Assembly: GCF_048403405.1 (NCBI RefSeq)
Contig: NZ_CP183129.1
Direction: 5' to 3' (one strand)
Length of the DNA: 64,000 nt
Origin: Escherichia coli
GTDB taxonomy: Bacteria > Pseudomonadota > Gammaproteobacteria > Enterobacterales > Enterobacteriaceae
This document shows positions 10,201 to 24,303 of the stretch, one piece after another. How positions within the stretch are numbered: position 1 is the stretch's first letter; each line of letters begins with the position of its first letter. Both the position numbers and the translations under genes were made by a program. Below the pieces are notes generated by a model. That model was not told the origin of the DNA and searched no databases. It was given only the letters and a program-made list of their open reading frames with translations.

Positions 10201-11488
10201 TGCCCACCGCATCAAACTGACTCTGCGCGACGCTGCCGTCCGCGTGTTCCTTTTTCACCACCCGCTTCAGCCCGCCTTCGCCCTGCGTGTGCAGCACTTC
10301 ACGGCGGTCCAGACTGTCGGTGATGGTGATGCGGTCTTTCTCATACTGATACGTGTAGCTTAAGCCTGCCGGGTTTAGCTGCTCTGTCACCCGCCCGTCG
10401 CTGTCGTAACGGTAACGGATTTCCGGCCGGCCCGCGCGGCGGTGCGCCACCATCCGGCCCCGGTATTTATCATCGTAAGTAAAGCTGCGCACCTGTTTGC
10501 CACTGCGGTCATACACCGCCGCCAGTTCGCCGCGCGGCGTCCAGCCATAGCGTACCAGCGGCGCGGCTGGCAGGTTGTCCGGATATTCCGGGTCGTGCGT
10601 CAGCCACACGGCAGACAGACGGATGCCGTTGTCCCGGCCATATTCGGTGTAACCCGGCAGGGTATCAGGAAAAGCGGACGGTTCCGTCCCGCCGGAAATG
10701 GCCTGCTGCCGGGCCTCTTCTGCCCGCAGCGCCTGCGTGGTCAGTACCAGCCGGAAGTGACGCCCGGCACCATCCGTCACGCCGGTGATTTCGCCGCTGA
10801 ATTCGCCGCCAGCCTCACGGTGGAACGTCTGTGTGCGCCCGAAGCGGTCCACCAGCCCGGTCAGTACCCGGTACGGCGGCAGCGGCGCAGGCAGCACCTC
10901 ATCCGCCTCCGGCACCCGCTCACACCAGCCGAGTACCCACCACGGCCCCTGCGGACTGTTCGTCGCCAGATAACGATGCGGACTTAAGCGGAGTTCTTCC
11001 GGCAGCGCCTGCCAGAGTGCGGCCAGCCGGTGACCTTCATCCAGTTTCAGGACACCGCCACGCACCAGCCAGAGTGATTCGCTGCGGCTGTAACCGTCCT
11101 CACCGGGAAACAGGCGCTCAAAATACAGGCTTCTGCCGCCGTTATCACTGAGTATCAGTGTGTTATCGCGCAGCTGTAAGCGGATATCCGCAGGCATTTT
11201 CCAGCCGGGGCCGAGGCTCCCCACCGGCGCGGGCGTTTTTGTCCGGTAACTGCTGTAGGTGCGGGAGAGGATGAACGGCAGCGGGCCGGGCAGTGCAAGG
11301 TCGGTTTCGCCGGGAAGGACCTTCGCACCGAGCAGCGGATTGACCGGATGGCCGGACGTCACCCCGCCGGGGCACACCGAACAGGCCACACCGGTGGGGG
11401 CACCGATGCGCACCCCGGCTGAACCCTGGACAATGCTACCGCCATACTGCGTCATGTCGCCCTGACGCGCCGCCGGTTTTCCGCTCAT
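7289..11488 (-). CDS. rhsB: Rhs-family protein (RhsB-like) with PAAR-like N-terminus, YD-repeat core and a 151-aa divergent C-terminal tip
   Basis: 1399-aa ORF; N-terminus [42 protein letters not shown] typical of E. coli Rhs; many YD repeats; GC-rich core next to nikR as for rhsB in K-12; C-terminus after ...[11 protein letters not shown] is AT-rich and unrelated to core. Confidence 0.9.
7761..8217. repeat. Direct repeat copy B (Rhs core 3' end in main gene), homologous to 2912..3368
   Basis: See copy A. Confidence 0.85.
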
Positions 11489-11690
11489 CGTAAAATCCTT
11501 TTCTATTATTTTAATGACAGTATCTTCATACGAAAAAGCGAAGAAAAACTTGTGGTCACAATGAATTGAAGGTTTTTAGGAATATATTTAGAACGTTACA
11601 AAAGAGAAGGTTCGGATAGGGTATTTAGAGAGGAATCAGGTGTGCTAGTGGCCCTTTGTTGATCGTTCACCAAAGGACCCAATAATAGGC

Positions 11691-14494
<2,804 letters not shown>

Positions 14495-14498
<4 letters not shown>

Positions 14499-15439
14499 GC
14501 GTGCGCTCCTTCATGACGACGAATGCGCGGGTCCAGCGCGGCGTTGAGTAAATCAACAATCAAATTACAGACCACAAAAACCACTACCATCATCAGCGTA
14601 AAGCACTGGATCACCGGATAGTCACGGTTAAAAATCGCCGACACCGCATAGCGCCCGACGCCAGGCCAGGCAAAGATGTTTTCGATAATCATCGTCCCGC
14701 CAATCAGTTCGCCAATGTGCATCCCCACGGCGGTGATCATCGGCAGCGAGGCATTGCGCAGAATATGGCGGCGTTCGGTCTGTTTGTCGTTCAGGCCGCG
14801 TAGCCGTGCCCAGGTGACGTGACGCTGACCGGCGACGTCCAGCATACTGGCGCGCAGCAGCCGCGCGTTAATCGCCAGCGACATAAAGGCAATGGAAACC
14901 GCAGGCAAAATGATGTGCTGCCAGCCGCCGTAGCCCATCGCGGGTAGCCATTGCAGATACACCGAAAACGCCATCACCAGTAAAAACGCCAGCCAGAAGT
15001 TAGGCATCGACACGCCGAGAAACGCGATGAAACGTACGGCGAAATCCGGCAGACGGTCGCGATGGCGCGCCGCCCAGATACCGAGCGGCACGGAAGTGAG
15101 CAGAATTAATACCAGCGCGGCACCTGCAAGTTCCAGCGTGGCGGGCAGGAAGTTCAGCATATCGTCCAGCACCGGGCGTTGGCTGGCGAATGAGATACCA
15201 AAGTCAAGATGCAGCGCCTTCCACAACCAGGTGCCGTACTGGACGTACAGCGGCTGATCCAGCCCCAGCATGGTGCGTGTAGAGGCCAGCATCTCCGGCG
15301 TCGGCGGCAGGTTAGACAGACGCAAATAATCAAGCGCCGGGTCGCCGGTGCCGAGGCGCAGCATCAGAAAAATGATCACCGAGGCGGCGAGCACCATCGG
15401 GATCAGCAGCAGAAAGCGGCGTAATACGTAACGCAACAT
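14495..15439 (-). CDS. nikB: Nickel ABC transporter permease NikB
   Basis: 314-aa multi-TM ORF; operon position. Confidence 0.9.
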
Positions 15440-17013
15440 TAAGGTTTCACCGGTTTAATCTGTTCGAACGGAATTTCGGTGGCGATCGGCGCGTAGGGGA
15501 TGTTACCCAGCTCCGGTTTTGATACCACCATCATCGAGATGTAACTGATAGGCAGATAAACCGCCTCGTCATGCAGACGGGTCAGAATGTCGCGATACAG
15601 CGCCTGACGTTGCGTTTCGTCATGGGTTGCCAGCACTTCGCCGATCTCTTTATCAATCAGCGGCTTGTCGGCTAATCCTTGCTGTGCCTGGAAATCAGCG
15701 TGCGACGGTACGCGCATTGAACTCAGGAAGGCGTGTGGATCGTATGGCGCGCCCCAGGTGCGGTGGAAAATCATGCCAAAACGACCGTCGCGCTGACGAG
15801 CATAGATACTGCTCTCTTCTTCGCCAATCAGCGAGACATCTGCGCCAACCTGGCGCATATCAGCCTGAATGATTTCCGCCATCGATTTACTTAACGCATC
15901 GGTGCCGATGAACGACAGTTCAATGCGCAGCGGCTGACCATTTTTCTCGCGGATGTCTTTGCCCGCAGGCAACGTCCAACCGGCTTTTTCCAGCAACGCT
16001 TTCGCTTTCTGCGGATCGTACTGGCGCGGTTTCAGGCCGAGGTTGGCGTAGGGTACAGAAGGAGCAAACAGGGTGTCGGCGACCTGCTGGGTGCCATACA
16101 ACGCGTTATCAATCAGCGATTTTTTGTTTACCGCGTAATTAAGAGCTTCACGTACGGCCAGCTCGTTGGTGGGGGCTTTGGCGGTATTGAGCGCCAGCAT
16201 CACGGTTTCGATCGGCTGTGACAGTTGGGTGTGGTAAGCCGGGTTCTGGCTAAAGCGGGCGAAGGTATCGAGCGGTAATAACCCTTCGTTTCCGTACAGC
16301 AGGTCGATATCGCCAGTTTCAAACGCTACCGCGCGGGTAGTCGGGTCCGGGATCACGTTAAAGGTGATCTTTTTAATCGCTGGCTTTTCGCCCCAGTAGT
16401 TTTCGTTACGGACGAAGACATCGTACTGATTCAGTTTCGATTCCTGTAAAACCCACGGCCCGGTGCCAATCGGCGCTTTAATTCCGTTCATGGTTTCGTG
16501 GTTTTTAAACTGCGAGGGTGCGATAAAACGGAAAGGACGGGGCAGGGCCAGTTCTTGCAGGAAAGGATAGTAGGCGCTTTTCAGGGTGATTTGCAGCTCG
16601 TTTTTACTGAGTGCTTTGACATCAACAATCTGGTTTGCCAGCTCCAGCCAGGCGTGACGTTGACGGTTATCGAGCACTGCGCGGAAGTTTTCTGCCGCCG
16701 CCTCTGCATCAAACGGTTCGCCGTTGGAGAATTTCACGTCATCACGCAGGGTGAAGGTCCAGGTTTTGCCATCTTCAGAATGAGTCCAGCTTTTTGCCAG
16801 CCACGGGATCACCGAACCGTCTGCCTGATATTTCACCAATGGTTCATAAACCATGCTCTGGGCGAACATCTGGTTAGGCGTGTAAAGGTGCGGGTTTAGT
16901 GGCCCGACATTCACCGGCCAGGCGGTGGTGATTTCATCTGGTGCAGCGGCATGGACGATAAAAGACGCACAAGCCAGCAGCGCAAATAGAGTGCGGCGGA
17001 GTGTAGAGAACAT
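15439..17013 (-). CDS. nikA: Periplasmic nickel-binding protein NikA
   Basis: 524-aa ORF with signal peptide; family-5 substrate-binding protein; first gene of nik operon. Confidence 0.9.
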
Positions 17014-17050
17014 GGTAACCCCAATGGATTAAAATAGATGGCGGAAATAA

Positions 17051-17078
17051 GTATGACGATTTTAAGTATTCGTCATAC
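17051..17078. promoter_or_regulatory. NikR operator (GTATGA-N16-TCATAC) in nikA promoter
   Basis: Perfect inverted repeat gtatgacgattttaagtattcgtcatac read directly, about 40 bp upstream of nikA start. Confidence 0.75.
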
Positions 17079-17123
17079 TGATTACCTGTTCTGGATCAAT
17101 AGATGGGCAGTCGGGTGGGCGGA

Positions 17124-17711
17124 TCAGTTAACTGAATCGATCCATTGCACACTGTCGGCGGTGAGCGTAAAGGGGGTAGGGGTGCAGATCGCCAGGCTTA
17201 AATTTTCCAGCTGACAATGGCTGACTGACAGCGAGGAGTTATAGGTGCTGTCTACGCTGACGATTTGCCAGGCGCTGCCGCCACGCTGTTTAACGATGGC
17301 TTCTTTGCGCGTCCAGATGCGCCAGAACATTTCCAGTTGCTGATCAGGATGCACGGCGTCCATCTCAGCGTGTTCCCCGAGGCTGAACACGGCGTTCGCC
17401 AGCCAGCGCCAGTTGGCGCGCGGGCGAATCACTTCGATATCGCAGCCGACTTCGCCTTCATCGCTCAACAGCAGGGCGATATCGTCACCGCTATGGCTTA
17501 AGTTGAACCATAGCGGCGTTTCCGGCGCGAATGCCGGTTTGCCTTGTTCGCCATAGATGATCTCCGGTAGCGGGGAAAGCGTGTGCGAAAGCAATGCACG
17601 CCCCGCCAGCCAGCGTTCACGTCGTGGACCTTGCGGTGCTTGCTCGCGTAAACCCGGTGGCAGAGGAGCTGCGCTTAAGGTCGAAACTTTCCCCAGAACT
17701 ATCCGATACAT
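17124..17711 (-). CDS. acpT: 4'-phosphopantetheinyl transferase AcpT
   Basis: 195-aa ORF; translation and position match K-12 AcpT. Confidence 0.85.
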   Translation of the reverse strand: MYRIVLGKVSTLSAAPLPPGLREQAPQGPRRERWLAGRALLSHTLSPLPEIIYGEQGKPAFAPETPLWFNLSHSGDDIALLLSDEGEVGCDIEVIRPRANWRWLANAVFSLGEHAEMDAVHPDQQLEMFWRIWTRKEAIVKQRGGSAWQIVSVDSTYNSSLSVSHCQLENLSLAICTPTPFTLTADSVQWIDSVN

Positions 17712-17765
17712 ATCAGGGCCAACGTTTAATGGAAAATGAAAGTGCGTATCGTAACACTTGTCGCC

Positions 17766-18815
17766 TCATCCCGGTAACCGACTTTTCGGTCTGCCTGGTC
17801 CCAGTAAAATCGCCAGTTTGCTACCGCCTTTGGTGGTTTCCATCCAGATTTTACACACGCTGGTTAATGGCACCGAAAGTAGCATCCCTACCGGGCCGAG
17901 CAGCCATCCCCAAATTAACAATGAAAGAAATACCACCATGGTGGACATCCCCAGGCGATGGCCCATCATCCGTGGTTCTAAAATATTGCCGATGACCATA
18001 TGGACCACTAAAAACAATGCGCCGACCAGAATACATTCGTAAATACCATTAAACAGCAGCACCTGAATCATTGGCGGTACGGCGGAAATTACTGCGCCGA
18101 TATTGGGCACGTAGTTGAGCAAAAACGCCAGTACTGCCCACATCAGCGCAAACTGCAACCCCATCAGCTCCAGCCCCAGCCAGACGATTACGCCTGTCCA
18201 TAAACTGAGTAGCGTCTTTAACGCCAGATAATGCGAAACACCTTTAAGTGCGCGGTGTAGTCCGGCGATGTGAATTTGTGGATTATTCAACGCGAAACGC
18301 ATTTTGTAAGGGACGTGGCGCACTTCAAACAGCATAAAAACTACGGTCATCACTAGCAAAAGCACGCTCGCCATTGCCCCGGAAAGCCCGGTCATTAGCG
18401 TCGTGGTGAAGGTAACCACTTTTTCCGAGTCCATCCGCTGCAGTATTCGCTCCGGCGATATATGCAAATTAAGAAAAGGTAACATCTCCTGCAATTTAAA
18501 AAGCTTGCGCGTCAGTTCCTTATTAAACTTCGGTAACATTGAGATAAATTCATTAAATGATGCCGCCAGCACACCGACCAGTGCGGTAAGTGCGATCAGC
18601 ATAACCACCACCACAATCGTAATGGCAACGGGGCGTTGTACTCCCCGACGAATAAACCATGTAACGAGCGGGTTGAGGACGATGGCAAAAAACAGCGCCA
18701 GTAACAGCTGCACAATGATATCTGCCGCTGCGTGAATGCCCGCGAGGATCACTACCAACGAGGCCAACTTGAGCAGAATGTGCATGCCCGTTTTATCGGG
18801 TTGAGGGGTTTCCAT
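17766..18815 (-). CDS. yhhT: AI-2E/PerM family transporter YhhT
   Basis: Multi-TM ORF; likely start at METPQPDKTGMHILLK (349 aa) rather than the longer six-frame ORF. Confidence 0.8.
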   Translation of the reverse strand: METPQPDKTGMHILLKLASLVVILAGIHAAADIIVQLLLALFFAIVLNPLVTWFIRRGVQRPVAITIVVVVMLIALTALVGVLAASFNEFISMLPKFNKELTRKLFKLQEMLPFLNLHISPERILQRMDSEKVVTFTTTLMTGLSGAMASVLLLVMTVVFMLFEVRHVPYKMRFALNNPQIHIAGLHRALKGVSHYLALKTLLSLWTGVIVWLGLELMGLQFALMWAVLAFLLNYVPNIGAVISAVPPMIQVLLFNGIYECILVGALFLVVHMVIGNILEPRMMGHRLGMSTMVVFLSLLIWGWLLGPVGMLLSVPLTSVCKIWMETTKGGSKLAILLGPGRPKSRLPG

Positions 18816-18946
18816 TGGGGCTTCCTTGTGACTTTTTGTATTAAGTGTAGCGGGAGTCACGCCAGCAATATTCTGATTCTTACTGCTGATTTTCACGTCA
18901 GCACATGGTAAAAATGAAACACTGTTGTAAAAATGTGGTGATCCTC

Positions 18947-20164
18947 ATGCCCGAACCCGTAGCCGAACCCGCGCTAAACGGATTGCGCCTGAATTTGCGC
19001 ATTGTCTCCATTGTCATGTTTAACTTCGCCAGCTACCTCACCATCGGGTTGCCGCTCGCTGTATTACCGGGCTATGTCCATGATGTAATGGGATTTAGTG
19101 CCTTCTGGGCAGGGTTGGTTATCAGCCTGCAATATTTTGCCACCTTGCTGAGCCGTCCTCATGCCGGACGTTACGCCGATTTGCTGGGACCCAAAAAGAT
19201 TGTCGTCTTCGGTTTATGCGGCTGCTTTTTGAGCGGTCTGGGATATCTGACGGCAGGATTAACCGCCAGTCTGCCCGTCATCAGCCTGTTATTACTGTGC
19301 CTGGGGCGCGTAATCCTTGGGATTGGACAAAGTTTTGCCGGAACGGGATCGACCCTGTGGGGTGTTGGCGTGGTTGGTTCGCTACATATCGGGCGGGTGA
19401 TTTCGTGGAACGGTATTGTCACTTACGGGGCGATGGCGATGGGTGCGCCGTTAGGTGTCGTGTTTTATCACTGGGGCGGATTGCAGGCGTTAGCGTTAAT
19501 CATTATGGGCGTGGCGCTGGTGGCCATTTTGTTGGCGATCCCGCGTCCGACGGTAAAAGCCAGTAAAGGCAAACCGCTGCCGTTTCGTGCGGTGCTTGGG
19601 CGCGTCTGGCTGTACGGTATGGCGCTGGCACTGGCTTCCGCCGGATTTGGCGTTATCGCCACCTTTATCACGCTGTTTTATGACGCTAAAGGTTGGGACG
19701 GTGCGGCTTTCGCGTTGACGCTGTTTAGCTGTGCGTTTGTCGGTACGCGTTTGTTATTCCCTAACGGCATTAACCGTATCGGCGGCTTAAACGTAGCGAT
19801 GATTTGCTTTAGCGTTGAGATAATCGGCCTGCTACTGGTTGGCGTGGCGACTATGCCGTGGATGGCGAAAATCGGCGTCTTGCTGGCGGGGGCGGGGTTT
19901 TCACTGGTGTTCCCGGCATTGGGTGTAGTGGCGGTAAAAGCGGTTCCGCAGCAAAATCAGGGGGCGGCGCTGGCAACTTACACCGTATTTATGGATTTAT
20001 CGCTTGGCGTGACTGGACCACTGGCTGGGCTGGTGATGAGCTGGGCGGGCGTACCGGTGATTTATCTGGCGGCGGCGGGACTGGTCGCAATCGCGTTATT
20101 ACTGACGTGGCGATTAAAAAAACGGCCTCCGGAACACGTCCCTGAGGCCGCCTCATCATCTTAA
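18947..20164 (+). CDS. yhhS: MFS transporter YhhS
   Basis: 12-TM MFS-like translation; likely start MPEPVAEPALNG (405 aa). Confidence 0.8.
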   Translation: MPEPVAEPALNGLRLNLRIVSIVMFNFASYLTIGLPLAVLPGYVHDVMGFSAFWAGLVISLQYFATLLSRPHAGRYADLLGPKKIVVFGLCGCFLSGLGYLTAGLTASLPVISLLLLCLGRVILGIGQSFAGTGSTLWGVGVVGSLHIGRVISWNGIVTYGAMAMGAPLGVVFYHWGGLQALALIIMGVALVAILLAIPRPTVKASKGKPLPFRAVLGRVWLYGMALALASAGFGVIATFITLFYDAKGWDGAAFALTLFSCAFVGTRLLFPNGINRIGGLNVAMICFSVEIIGLLLVGVATMPWMAKIGVLLAGAGFSLVFPALGVVAVKAVPQQNQGAALATYTVFMDLSLGVTGPLAGLVMSWAGVPVIYLAAAGLVAIALLLTWRLKKRPPEHVPEAASSS

Positions 20165-20167
20165 AAC

Positions 20168-20725
20168 TTACTGAATAACCAGCGTATTAATGATGTTTTC
20201 TGCGGTGGTCTGCGCTTTTTGCTGATCGTCAGCTGGCAGAGTAATTTGCATGGTCAGCAGTTGATTACCCACGTTACCCAGAATAACGGAAGAGTACGCC
20301 GTCTGGCCTTTCGCGGAGATAATGCTGTCTAACTGCTGCATTTTGTGACCTTTCAGCTCAATGGCTTTATTGGTTACCACTTGCAGCTGCGGATCGCGGC
20401 TACGTTGCTGATCTTCCAGACGCTTCGCCAGCACCGCCAGATCTTCTTTCGGATCATCGCCCATGATGACGATGACTGCTTTCTGCCCGGTGGCGTCGGA
20501 CCAGACATGCATGTTATTGGCCTGCGTTCCCAGCTTACCGCTCTGGTCGGTCATATCCGCTGGCAGCGAGAAACTTAACTTGCCATCAAGCAGGTTGACG
20601 GGATTCCCGGTAGCGTTACTTTCCGCGACCGAACCCTGCGCCGTAGCGTTAGTGTCTTTATCATCACAGGCCGCAAGCCCCATAACCAGCAGGCCAATTC
20701 CGACATATTTAACCAGATTGCGCAT
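20168..20725 (-). CDS. dcrB: Periplasmic lipoprotein DcrB
   Basis: Start [22 protein letters not shown] with lipobox LAAC; 185 aa. Confidence 0.85.
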
Positions 20726-20797
20726 TGACTTCTTCCTTTCGATAAACGGCCATAACGGCTCATTCATCCATCTTATCACAACTCTGATAACGAACCT

Positions 20798-21463
20798 TTA
20801 ACTCGCCTGCAAAGCGTTGATTTCGGATTTATCTGCCAGTCTTTTCAACAGCATATTGAGTAATACGCCATACATTGGCAGGAAGAAAACGATACTGATT
20901 AACACTTTGAAACAGTAATCGACCAGTGCGATTTCCATCCAGTGTTCAGCCATAAAGGCATCCGGGCTACGCCAGAAGGCAATGAAGAAGAAGGCCAGCG
21001 TGTCGCTGACGTTACCGAACAGTGTGGACGCTGTCGGTGCCAGCCACCAGCGGCGACTCTGACGCAGGCGGTTAAAAACGTGCACGTCGAGGATCTGTCC
21101 CAGCGCGTAGGCCATGAAACTGGCGGTGGCGATACGGGCGACAAACAGGTTGAAGTGGGCGAGCGCGCCGAATCCTTGCCATGACCCCATATAAAACAGC
21201 GATGAGATGACGTAGGAGATCAGCAACGCCGGGATCATCACCGCAAAGATGATACGACGGGCCAGCGGTGCGCCAAAAATACGCACAGTCAGGTCGGTAG
21301 CAAGGAAAATAAACGGAAAGCTAAATGCGCCCCAGGTGGTATGGAAACCAAAAATGGAGACGGGAAGCTGAACCAGATAGTTACTGGAGGTGATCACCAG
21401 CAGATGAAATAACGATAACCAGAACAACGCCTTATAGCGTTGAGTTTGCGAGAAAACGTTCAT
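20798..21463 (-). CDS. yhhQ: Queuosine precursor transporter YhhQ
   Basis: 221-aa multi-TM ORF; position between dcrB and tusA. Confidence 0.85.
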   Translation of the reverse strand: MNVFSQTQRYKALFWLSLFHLLVITSSNYLVQLPVSIFGFHTTWGAFSFPFIFLATDLTVRIFGAPLARRIIFAVMIPALLISYVISSLFYMGSWQGFGALAHFNLFVARIATASFMAYALGQILDVHVFNRLRQSRRWWLAPTASTLFGNVSDTLAFFFIAFWRSPDAFMAEHWMEIALVDYCFKVLISIVFFLPMYGVLLNMLLKRLADKSEINALQAS

Positions 21464-21684
21464 ATTGTACCTTTTTGATTAACCATTGGGGTGAGGGAAC
21501 CCAATACGTACGACACGCTATTTTACCTTGATTAAATAACGTTCTTACCCTTTTTTCGAGCCGCCGCATGATACTGCTTTACGTTGACAATGCAATGGTT
21601 AATTTTCACGCAATCGTTAACCTGGTTTGCTTACGGACTCACAGGGCGTAAACTAGCGCCGTTTTTTTATGTGATGAGAAGAAA

Positions 21685-21930
21685 ATGACCGATCTCTTTT
21701 CCTGCCCTGACCACACACTCGACGCACTTGGCCTGCGCTGCCCGGAACCAGTCATGATGGTGCGCAAAACCGTGCGCAATATGCAGCCAGGTGAAACGTT
21801 GCTGATTATTGCTGACGATCCGGCGACGACCCGCGATATTCCTGGGTTTTGTACCTTTATGGAACACGAACTGGTTGCGAAAGAGACGGATGGACTGCCT
21901 TATCGTTATTTGATTCGCAAAGGCGGTTGA
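21685..21930 (+). CDS. tusA: Sulfur carrier protein TusA
   Basis: 81-aa ORF with CPEP motif ([12 protein letters not shown]). Confidence 0.9.
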   Translation: MTDLFSCPDHTLDALGLRCPEPVMMVRKTVRNMQPGETLLIIADDPATTRDIPGFCTFMEHELVAKETDGLPYRYLIRKGG

Positions 21931-21961
21931 TGGGGAAAGATTGGCTTCGATGCCGCCTTTT

Positions 21962-22025
21962 CCCCTCACCCTAACCCTCTCCCCAGAGGAGCGAGGGGAC
22001 CGATCGCGCTCAATGTTGCGATCGG
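21962..22025. repeat. GC-rich interspersed intergenic repeat (box-C-like) with adjacent palindrome
   Basis: Sequence cccctcaccctaaccctctccccagaggagcgaggggaccgatcg recurs at 39693..39840; family name is from memory and not certain. Confidence 0.5.
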
Positions 22026-22031
22026 TTTGCC

Positions 22032-24230
22032 TTATCTCCTGCGCAACAATCTTAACGCATTCGCTGTCACCAGCACCGTCGCACCCGTATCTGCCAGCAC
22101 CGCCAGCCATAGCCCGGTCATTCCTAACAGTGTGGTGACGAGGAAGATCCCTTTCAGCCCCAGCGCAATAGTGATGTTCTGGCGGATATTGGCGTGAGTG
22201 GCGCGTGCCAGTTCAATCATTTGCACCAGGCCGCGCAGGTGGTTATGGGTTAATGCTGCATCGGCGGTTTCCAGCGCCACGTCTGTGCCGCTACCCATTG
22301 CAATCCCGATGGCGGCAGCTTTCATCGCTGGCGCGTCGTTAATACCATCACCGACCATCGCCAGCGGCGCATGTTGATTCAGCTCGGTCACCGCTTTGAC
22401 TTTATCTTCCGGCAAGAGGCCCGCTTTAAATTCCAGCCCCAGTTCCCCGGCGATTGCCGCCGCTGCGCGTGGATTATCGCCGGTGAGGATCACTCCTTTA
22501 ACTCCCAGCGCGTTCAGTTCACTGATGGCAGTTGCAGCATCGGCGCGTAGGGTATCCTGCAATGCAATTACGCCAAGCACGTCATCGTTACGCACTACCA
22601 GCACTACCGTTTGCCCGGCGCTTTCCAGTTCATTAATCAAACCAGCAAATGCAACAGCCGGATGTTTTCCGGCAGCGCATATCAACACGCGCTCACCGTT
22701 AACCTGCGCTTCAATGCCAGACCCGACCAGCGCCCGCTGTGATTCGGCGGTGGGAATAGCGAGTTCAGCAACCTGTGCTTCGCGTACGATGGCTTGCGCC
22801 AGTGGATGCGTCGCGCCTTGCTCGACCGCCGCTGCCAGTGTCAGCAGTTCAGATTCACTAATACCCGTTGCCGGATGAATCGCGGTAACGCGCGGTTTAC
22901 CGACGGTCAGCGTACCGGTTTTATCAAACGCCACCTGGGTAACACGACCCAGTTGTTCCAGCGCCGCTCCGCCTTTAATTAACGCCCCACGACGCGCTGC
23001 TGCTGCCAGCCCGGAGGTAATCGCCGCAGGCGTTGAGATAACTAACGCACACGGGCAGCCAATCAGCAGCAGCGTCAGCCCTTTATAAATCCACTCCTGC
23101 CAGCTGGCGGCAAACAGCAGCGGTGGCACCAGCGTCACCAGCAGAGCGACGGCCATAATCGCGGGCGTATAGATACGGCTGAAACGGTCGATAAACCGCT
23201 CAATGGGTGCGCGACGCTCTTCGGCTTCTTCGATCAGTTTCAGAATCCGGTCAATGGCGCTGGCACCCGGTTCTGACAGCACTTCCAGCGTTACCAGACG
23301 GTCTACGCTGGTGGCTCCTGCAGGAACTTTATCGCCCGTCGCGCGCTCCACCGGAATGGATTCTCCGGTCAGGGCGCTTTCATCAAAACTGGCAAACGGT
23401 GAGAGCAGTTTACCGTCGGCAGGCAAACGCCCACCTGCGGCGACTTCAATCACATCGCCAGGCCGCAGGCTGTTAATCGCCACCTCTTCCCGCTCACCGT
23501 TACGCAGGCGCGTGGCGGTTTCTGGTTTCAGCGCCATTAACGCGCTAACGCCCTGACGCGCGCGGCTGGCGGCCCAGCCTTCCAGTCGTTCACCAATCAA
23601 AAACAGCAGCAACACCATCGCAGCTTCAGCCGTTGCGCCAATAAACAGCGCACCAATAGCGGCTACGCTCATTAAGGTTTCAATGGCGAAGTAGCTGCCG
23701 GATTTGATCAGCCGTAATGCCTGACGAGCAATCGGGTACAGCCCAACCAGCGTGGTCGCGATAAACGCCAGTTGCCCGAACGGATGATTAAACTGCTCCA
23801 GTCCCCAACTTACCGCCATCATCACGATTAGCGTAATCAGCGGCAAATTCTCTTTCAGGCGTGATGTTTGCGGTTCGTCGGCGGCCTGTTCATCGCGCAG
23901 GGAATAGCCCGCTTTTTGCACCGCAGATTCAACCTGGGCACGGATGTCATTGTCGGCATCAACCACCAGTTTTTCGGTGGCGAACAGTACCTGCACCTGA
24001 TTCACGCCTGCAAGCTGGCGCACGGCATTTTCTACCTTGCGCGCACAGGCGGCGCAGTCCATGCCGCTGACTTTCCAGCTATAGCGGGTGCCGGAGACGT
24101 TTTCAGAGAGCGTTGGCGTGCTGGAACATGCGCCGTCGCAGCAACAGTTGTTGGCGTTCTGTACCGCAGTTAGCGGTTTGAACGCAGCAAAGTGAGGGGC
24201 TTTCTTGCCGTGATTGTCAGGAGTCGACAT
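22032..24230 (-). CDS. zntA: Zn/Cd/Pb-exporting P-type ATPase ZntA
   Basis: 732-aa ORF; CPC motif (GCPCALVIS), DKTGTLT phosphorylation motif, N-terminal metal-binding GMDCAAC. Confidence 0.95.
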   Translation of the reverse strand: MSTPDNHGKKAPHFAAFKPLTAVQNANNCCCDGACSSTPTLSENVSGTRYSWKVSGMDCAACARKVENAVRQLAGVNQVQVLFATEKLVVDADNDIRAQVESAVQKAGYSLRDEQAADEPQTSRLKENLPLITLIVMMAVSWGLEQFNHPFGQLAFIATTLVGLYPIARQALRLIKSGSYFAIETLMSVAAIGALFIGATAEAAMVLLLFLIGERLEGWAASRARQGVSALMALKPETATRLRNGEREEVAINSLRPGDVIEVAAGGRLPADGKLLSPFASFDESALTGESIPVERATGDKVPAGATSVDRLVTLEVLSEPGASAIDRILKLIEEAEERRAPIERFIDRFSRIYTPAIMAVALLVTLVPPLLFAASWQEWIYKGLTLLLIGCPCALVISTPAAITSGLAAAARRGALIKGGAALEQLGRVTQVAFDKTGTLTVGKPRVTAIHPATGISESELLTLAAAVEQGATHPLAQAIVREAQVAELAIPTAESQRALVGSGIEAQVNGERVLICAAGKHPAVAFAGLINELESAGQTVVLVVRNDDVLGVIALQDTLRADAATAISELNALGVKGVILTGDNPRAAAAIAGELGLEFKAGLLPEDKVKAVTELNQHAPLAMVGDGINDAPAMKAAAIGIAMGSGTDVALETADAALTHNHLRGLVQMIELARATHANIRQNITIALGLKGIFLVTTLLGMTGLWLAVLADTGATVLVTANALRLLRRR

Positions 24231-24272
24231 GGCATCCTCCGGTTAAGTTTTTTCTCATTAACCGAAGGATAC

Positions 24273-24294
24273 ACTCTGGAGTCGACTCCAGAGT
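24273..24294. promoter_or_regulatory. ZntR (MerR-type) operator in zntA promoter
   Basis: Perfect palindrome actctggagtcgactccagagt about 45 bp upstream of zntA start, flanked by TTGACT on the coding strand. Confidence 0.75.
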
Positions 24295-24303
24295 CAAGTT
24301 TTA

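Noticed and set aside
7923-11375. Numerous plus-strand ORFs of 60-190 aa inside the rhs gene (e.g. 7923..8255, 8543..8962, 9170..9748, 10442..10987)
   Set aside because: They lie antisense within a long, GC-rich, well-supported minus-strand CDS. High GC suppresses stop codons on the opposite strand and the translations are low-complexity Arg/Pro/Ala-rich. Treated as spurious.
17080-17124. Possible FNR box upstream of the NikR operator in the nikA promoter
   Set aside because: Only a half-site-quality match (ttgatccagaacag on the coding strand) could be found by eye; too weak to annotate without a scoring matrix.
21941-22138. ORF translating MASMPPFPLTLTLSPEERGDRS..., and similar ORF 39566..39835
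   Set aside because: These are read through the GC-rich interspersed repeat elements and the 3' end of zntA or the ugpB-ugpA spacer; they are repeat-derived, not genes.
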